From an uncultured virus (IMG/VR IMGVR_UViG_3300023184_000097) (Duplodnaviria; Heunggongvirae; Uroviricota; Caudoviricetes): a DNA stretch of 64,000 nucleotides. The notes below the pieces were generated by a model that did no database searches, was not told the DNA's origin, and saw only the letters and a program-made list of their open reading frames with translations. Shown in pieces: positions 58,986 through 64,000 of this stretch. The stretch lies in the IMG/VR virus record IMGVR_UViG_3300023184_000097; one strand, given 5' to 3'. Numbering within the stretch: the stretch's first letter is position 1; every line of letters begins with the position of its first letter. A program made the translations under genes and the position numbers.

Positions 58986-60384
58986 ATCATTTACAAAATT
59001 AGTAGACGAAGCCTCTCTGAAAGATAACCCAGGAATACCGGGAGAAGGCGGAAAAGAAGGCGATTACCTTTCAAAGGTTGAAGGTAGAGCCAAAGAAAAA
59101 CTTGATGCTCTACAAAGAAGACATGGCGCTGATATTCCTAGATTCATGTCATTTGTTTCTAGAGTAAGACAAATTCAAGCAGGAAAAGAAAAGGAACTAG
59201 AAAAGCTTGCAGAAGATGCAATTAGAGCTTATTACGGGTCTATTCTAGAGGAAGTCACGTTAAACATTAAGTTTCCTAAGGATGATCAGATTAAGAAATC
59301 TATGGAAAATGTTCCATCAGAACCACCAGAAATGCCACAGCTTAAAGAGCTTAAGGATGCTAACATCATTTCAGAAATTCAAAAAAGAGAGATAGCAAAC
59401 AACATCACCCAAGGGGAAGCTAAGAACACTAAGCTAATACTAAATCTACCTGAGGTTAGAGATGGTTTAACTAGGATCTTAGGGCAAGAGCAAGGTGCAG
59501 AGTATAAAGATCTACTTAATAAGATCACAGAAATCGCTGGATTCTTCGATTGGCAAATCCCAATGGAAGTTCAGTTAGCGATGTGGACAGCGGATAAATC
59601 AGGATTCAGCGGATCTGTAACAGTTGAATGGAACACCGACGAAGAAGAGAATCCTGAAGAGCTTGCACAAAGGATCTTAAGTGAATTAGAAGACGGTATA
59701 GAAGTACCAGAGGAAACTGAAGAACTATTCGCACAAACCGGACCTACTATCAATGCATTAGGTACTGATTTCGCTATGCTACTTCACGAATCGGTTAAAG
59801 GTATCTATGAACTTATCGCTGCAGTTGGTATTCCTGATGATGAAGAAACAGCAGAAACTGTTATAATGAACACGGATTCATTAGCAGATGAGATCGAAGA
59901 TCTTAGATATGGCCCAGAAATTGCCGCAGATCTTAGAGACTTTATCAGTACTTTCCCTGAATATGATACCATACCTAACTTAAGGGAACACGTTTTCGGC
60001 AAGATGATGGCAATGGATGCTAAAGATTTTCTTGATCTTATGTACATGATACTTAATGAGGATTCTAAAGCTAAACCAGTAGTACAGGAGTTTATCGACG
60101 AGGTAGCAGAAGAGATTGGTAAATATGAACTAGGACAAGCAGGCATTGATAATGATGATGACTATGAGCCAAGCAAGGAAACCCCAGGTAGAGCACAAGC
60201 AGAACCTGAAGAAATTGATTATTCAGAACTTTCTAAGAGAGAAATCGAAAAATTAATAGATAAAGCTCTAGATGCTAAAGATTTTGATACCGTCAGAGAT
60301 CTTGCTAAGTATTTAAAGGAGTCAAAACAACAAGAAGTTTTCGAAAAACTTCATAGAGAGTCTGGTTATCCATCTAATCCATAG
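58975..60384 (+). CDS. Acidic hypothetical protein, probable virion component
   Basis: 469-aa ORF; LLHESVKG; C-terminal IDKALDAKDF. Confidence 0.7.
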   Translation: MNFKSFTKLVDEASLKDNPGIPGEGGKEGDYLSKVEGRAKEKLDALQRRHGADIPRFMSFVSRVRQIQAGKEKELEKLAEDAIRAYYGSILEEVTLNIKFPKDDQIKKSMENVPSEPPEMPQLKELKDANIISEIQKREIANNITQGEAKNTKLILNLPEVRDGLTRILGQEQGAEYKDLLNKITEIAGFFDWQIPMEVQLAMWTADKSGFSGSVTVEWNTDEEENPEELAQRILSELEDGIEVPEETEELFAQTGPTINALGTDFAMLLHESVKGIYELIAAVGIPDDEETAETVIMNTDSLADEIEDLRYGPEIAADLRDFISTFPEYDTIPNLREHVFGKMMAMDAKDFLDLMYMILNEDSKAKPVVQEFIDEVAEEIGKYELGQAGIDNDDDYEPSKETPGRAQAEPEEIDYSELSKREIEKLIDKALDAKDFDTVRDLAKYLKESKQQEVFEKLHRESGYPSNP

Positions 60385-60400
60385 CAGTAAATAATGCCAT

Positions 60401-60432
60401 AAAAAAAGCCTAGCATAAACTAGGCTTTTTTT
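60401..60432. terminator. Bidirectional terminator
   Basis: AAAAAAAGCCTAG-CATAAA-CTAGGCTTTTTTT between convergent genes. Confidence 0.75.
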
Positions 60433-60446
60433 ACGTTCTTTATAAA

Positions 60447-61109
60447 TTAAGATAAATATTTTTTAAAGTTGTCAGAGAAAGATTTAGTTTCTTTCTTTAT
60501 ACCTTTTATCCTGGACATATCTGCTGTTAGTCCCGTAGACATATAAGCTTGGATCTCATCACAAACTACATCATCACAATATCCCATATTTAAAAGTATT
60601 CTTTCCATATCTTCAAAAATTTTCTTAGATAAACCCAGGACTAGCTCGTAGGTAGACACCTTATATTTTAGATTAACGTGATATAGACCATGGGCTAACT
60701 CATGATTCATCGTTCTGCTATCAAAGCTATCTACACCAAGTAAATAGTATTTCGTATCTGGTCCTATTTTGCTCTTTATTGAGCTAATTACCGAATCCAT
60801 GATATAATCATAGGGGGTAGGAAAAAGTCCATTACGTGCATCTAAAACATGTTTAGTGCAAAGTTCGACAATTTCACCGGGCACATTAAAACCCGCCCAG
60901 TCGTCAGGATATGAAAAGTATTCTACACCTTTCCATTTCCTATATGTCTCCATAAAGAAAAAAGCATCGAAGTGTTTCCCTTTTATTTCGGGGAATGCAG
61001 ATTCATAGTGTTCTTGACTCCTCATAAAAAGCATAGCCCTCTGATATCCGTCCTCTATTTTAAGAGCAAATATCTTTGGCAGAATTTCCTCTATTTCGTA
61101 ATCAACCAT
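60447..61109 (-). CDS. HExxH-containing hypothetical protein
   Basis: HELAHG...DEIQAY. Confidence 0.6.
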   Translation of the reverse strand: MVDYEIEEILPKIFALKIEDGYQRAMLFMRSQEHYESAFPEIKGKHFDAFFFMETYRKWKGVEYFSYPDDWAGFNVPGEIVELCTKHVLDARNGLFPTPYDYIMDSVISSIKSKIGPDTKYYLLGVDSFDSRTMNHELAHGLYHVNLKYKVSTYELVLGLSKKIFEDMERILLNMGYCDDVVCDEIQAYMSTGLTADMSRIKGIKKETKSFSDNFKKYLS

Positions 61110-61396
61110 AGGTTTAAAGAAATTCGCCGTCTCCTAATTCGTCTGCTGCGTCGGCTACATCTTCAGCTGCACTACTTAGTAAGTTCTTTGTAGCATCTGC
61201 TTCTTCACCAGTAGCTATGCTTACTACATCTTTTACTATAGCCACAGGTGTAAGAGCTGTCTTAATAGTAGCGCTTATCATGTTTGTTAAAAATCCCATA
61301 TTGTTTTGTTTTTATATTCCCCAATTTATTAGTAGCCATGGCTCGAACATGTTCACCCTTATGATCTGTTGCGTTCTCTCCCGCGACTAATGATCA

Positions 61397-62071
61397 CTAA
61401 TATTGTGTTCTCAGTAACTGTATAACGTCCCAAGCATCTTCTAAAGCATCGTGTGTAACTATGCCTTGGATTTTAGCTCTCTGTTTGCATTCATATAAAG
61501 AAGGCATTGACTTATCTTCGTTCCAGTTGGTAAAGATGACAGATGGATCGATGATGCGTTGTCTAAGTCTGATAACTTGTTTCCATCTAGGTAATCTCTC
61601 TAAGAAGTGTTTGTCAAATGAAGCAAAGTTTTTACCCGCCACGTTAATTGTAACTGGTTTCATCTTTGATGTTAAAGCCGGATAGCTCTTTCCATTTTCT
61701 ATCCCTACCATTTGACCCGCTAACAAAGGATCAAAATCAACCAGTCCATTATCAAAAAGCCAGCGGTAAAATCCTTCGACAACTTGATCCTCTTGATAGA
61801 ATTGCATACCAGTCATCTGTACAATATCGTTCTTCTCATCCTGATTCTCTGCATTCTGATATTGAGCAACTGCTTCGATGATCTTACTATTCATATTGAT
61901 AGCGAAGGGTGAACCTGTTATCTCGTTATGCAAGATGGCTGCGTGAAACTTAGGTATCTCTTCAAAACTAAGTTTCTTGGTTGTGTCCTCAAGGATAGCA
62001 CCGATTGAAAGAATCTGATAGCGATCTTTTTCTAGTCCTGTTGTTTCGACATCCACTGAAATGTATATCAT
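61397..62071 (-). CDS. DEDDh 3'-5' exonuclease
   Basis: DVETTG, NFASFD, HDALEDA. Confidence 0.85.
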   Translation of the reverse strand: MIYISVDVETTGLEKDRYQILSIGAILEDTTKKLSFEEIPKFHAAILHNEITGSPFAINMNSKIIEAVAQYQNAENQDEKNDIVQMTGMQFYQEDQVVEGFYRWLFDNGLVDFDPLLAGQMVGIENGKSYPALTSKMKPVTINVAGKNFASFDKHFLERLPRWKQVIRLRQRIIDPSVIFTNWNEDKSMPSLYECKQRAKIQGIVTHDALEDAWDVIQLLRTQY

Positions 62072-62390
62072 ATTTTTAATTTATTGCTATTATTAAAGTT
62101 CATCAGGAATATTAGATTCTATGATCCATTTATAATATTCTTTTGCTTTTGAAAAAACATCAACCTTTGGATTAATTTTCTTGTGCTCAATAGCCATCAT
62201 CAAAGAAAATTTTTTATCCGATATACTGTTCATAGTACTATCATATAATTCTTTAATTTGTTCTAAATTTTTGTCATATCTTATTTTATTTGTTATCTTT
62301 AGCTAAATGTAGTAATTTGTTTCAACTATAGGATAAACGCTTTAGTAAAAAAACAAAAAGCGGGGATATATAAAAAAAAACCAAAAAAAT

Positions 62391-63209
62391 ATGTTACTGA
62401 AGAATGGATCTAAAGGAGATGATGTAAAAAAACTCCAAGAAAAATTAGGCTTAACAGCCGATGGTGCTTTTGGTCCCGGTACGGAAGCAAAAGTAAAAGC
62501 GTGGCAAGCAGCTAACGGTCTAACAGCAGACGGTTTAGTAGGAGACGTAACTTGGGTTAAAATGTTTGGCTCTTCTCCAGTAGCAGCTCCAGTAGCTATC
62601 CCACCTTCAGCATTTAAACTAGATGCTTTAAGAGGACACATTCCAGATGCAGTTATCGCACAAATACCAGATACAGCAGCTAAATTCGGAATCACTAACG
62701 TATTAAGATTAGCTCACTTCTTGGCCCAAGCGGGTCACGAATCGGGGGGATTCAAAGCAGTTACAGAGAACCTTAACTATTCAGCTGACGGATTAAAAAA
62801 AACATTCCCCAAATATTTCCCAGGAAATATTAGTGAGTCATATGCAAGAAACCCGGAAAAAATTGCTAATAGAGTTTATGCATCAAGAATGGGTAACGGA
62901 GACGAAGCATCTGGGGATGGGTGGAAATACAAAGGCGCAGGTTTCATTCAGTTAACCGGCAAGGCTAACCACCAATCTTTTGATAAAACTGTAGATGATG
63001 ATATTATGGCAAATCCTAGTTTGGTCGCTACTAAATATCCTTTGGCTTCTGCTGCTTGGTTCTTCAACAACAATAAACTTTGGTCAATTTGTGATCAGGG
63101 CGCTACCGATCAGGTTGTTACATCAGTAACTAAAAGAGTAAATGGCGGAATTTTGGGATTGCAAGACCGCATAAAACATTTCAAAGAATACTATAACTTA
63201 CTAAAATAA
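62391..63209 (+). CDS. Endolysin: peptidoglycan-binding domain plus GH19
   Basis: DGAFGPGT/DGLVG PG-binding repeats; FLAQAGHESGG, ENLNYS, IQLTG, VNGG. Confidence 0.9.
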   Translation: MLLKNGSKGDDVKKLQEKLGLTADGAFGPGTEAKVKAWQAANGLTADGLVGDVTWVKMFGSSPVAAPVAIPPSAFKLDALRGHIPDAVIAQIPDTAAKFGITNVLRLAHFLAQAGHESGGFKAVTENLNYSADGLKKTFPKYFPGNISESYARNPEKIANRVYASRMGNGDEASGDGWKYKGAGFIQLTGKANHQSFDKTVDDDIMANPSLVATKYPLASAAWFFNNNKLWSICDQGATDQVVTSVTKRVNGGILGLQDRIKHFKEYYNLLK

Positions 63210-63222
63210 TTACAACTTAAAT

Positions 63223-63552
63223 ATGTTTTCAGAAGGCGGAATTGTAATGATAATTGGAATCCTATTGGGTTTGTGTGTAATAGGCGGGTCAGTCTATTAC
63301 GTTAATAAAATGTTTGCAACACATACACAGGAAATATTGGTTCGATTTATCTTACTAGTATTCACCTCGTTGGTTGCGTTGTTCATTGTTGATAAGGTAA
63401 TAGCTTGGCAGGTTAAGTTACTCAGTGACGAACAAAACACTCAGTTATTCGATTTGATTAAAACATTGGTGCTTATGATTTTCTCTTATTACTTCGGAAC
63501 AAAGGAAGGTATTGAAACCAATGGTAATTCAAACAAAAAAGACAATAAATAA
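63223..63552 (+). CDS. Three-TM membrane protein, holin candidate
   Basis: Hydrophobic helices, YYFGT, adjacent to the endolysin. Confidence 0.55.
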   Translation: MFSEGGIVMIIGILLGLCVIGGSVYYVNKMFATHTQEILVRFILLVFTSLVALFIVDKVIAWQVKLLSDEQNTQLFDLIKTLVLMIFSYYFGTKEGIETNGNSNKKDNK

Positions 63553-63589
63553 TGGAAACTAAAAATGAAACACTGGCTTCCCGATTTAA

Positions 63590-63679
63590 TGTTGTCATCA
63601 ATGACTCGATTGTTGGTTCCATCGCTTTGCATGGCTGACACCAAGGTGCCCAAAAATCAATTACTTGTAATTTTTTCAT
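63590..63679 (-). pseudogene. Truncated thioredoxin
   Basis: DFWAPWCQPCK, then loss of thioredoxin similarity after about 30 aa. Confidence 0.6.
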
Positions 63680-64000
63680 TTTATATTATTTATTATTTCT
63701 GTACCTTTTTTGGTGCATTGTTAGATCTCATATTAGGATTTTCTTTATCTAATGTGTCAATTGAAACTTGATATGTAGGTTTAAAATCTGCTCCCGTTAT
63801 TTCATACCATCTTGATTGGCTATCTTTTTTAGCTAACCAATGATCGCCTTCAACTTTATATGTATAAGAATCACCAGTTCTAGAAATGATTTGACTTGTT
63901 GCAGGGTTTCCTTTTCTTAGATCTGTTGGAACAATATAACCTGATTGGTTTGTTACCAAGCCATCAATCTCCTTTGCTATGGTATCATATACTGGTAAAT

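Noticed and set aside
1..64000. Stop-codon reassignment and tmRNA gene
   Set aside because: Known genes are full length in the standard code and end in TAA, TAG or TGA; no tmRNA-like termini were recognised by eye

Overview
AT-rich, gene-dense 64 kb segment of a very large T4-like (jumbo/huge) phage genome, standard genetic code. The host is probably Bacteroidota, since about ten TAnnTTTG-type early promoters are present. The main finding is a phage-borne, integron-like cassette system at 43.8-50.3 kb. It has an intact tyrosine recombinase lacking the IntI-specific insertion, an attI-like GTT site just upstream of its start, and 13 single-gene cassettes. Each cassette is closed by an attC-like imperfect hairpin with invariant A/C mismatches (G-T wobbles on the bottom strand). 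All cassette ORFs run opposite to the canonical integron orientation; 7 start inside their own hairpin loop and 7 use the TAA of the core site as stop codon. Other content: five mosaic 21-aa LRR-like repeat paralogs; more than 20 proteins with a shared N-terminal motif, many behind a GATATATA putative late promoter; an IS605-group tnpA/tnpB element and a non-autonomous omegaRNA-like derivative; three aberrant tRNA-like elements; smpB-clpP; an RNA repair cluster with three RNA ligases in total; homing endonucleases beside a duplicated dda 3' end; a GH19 endolysin; and a GC-rich, repeat-rich non-coding region at 1.6-3.8 kb. All product calls come from motif recognition by eye, without database searches.
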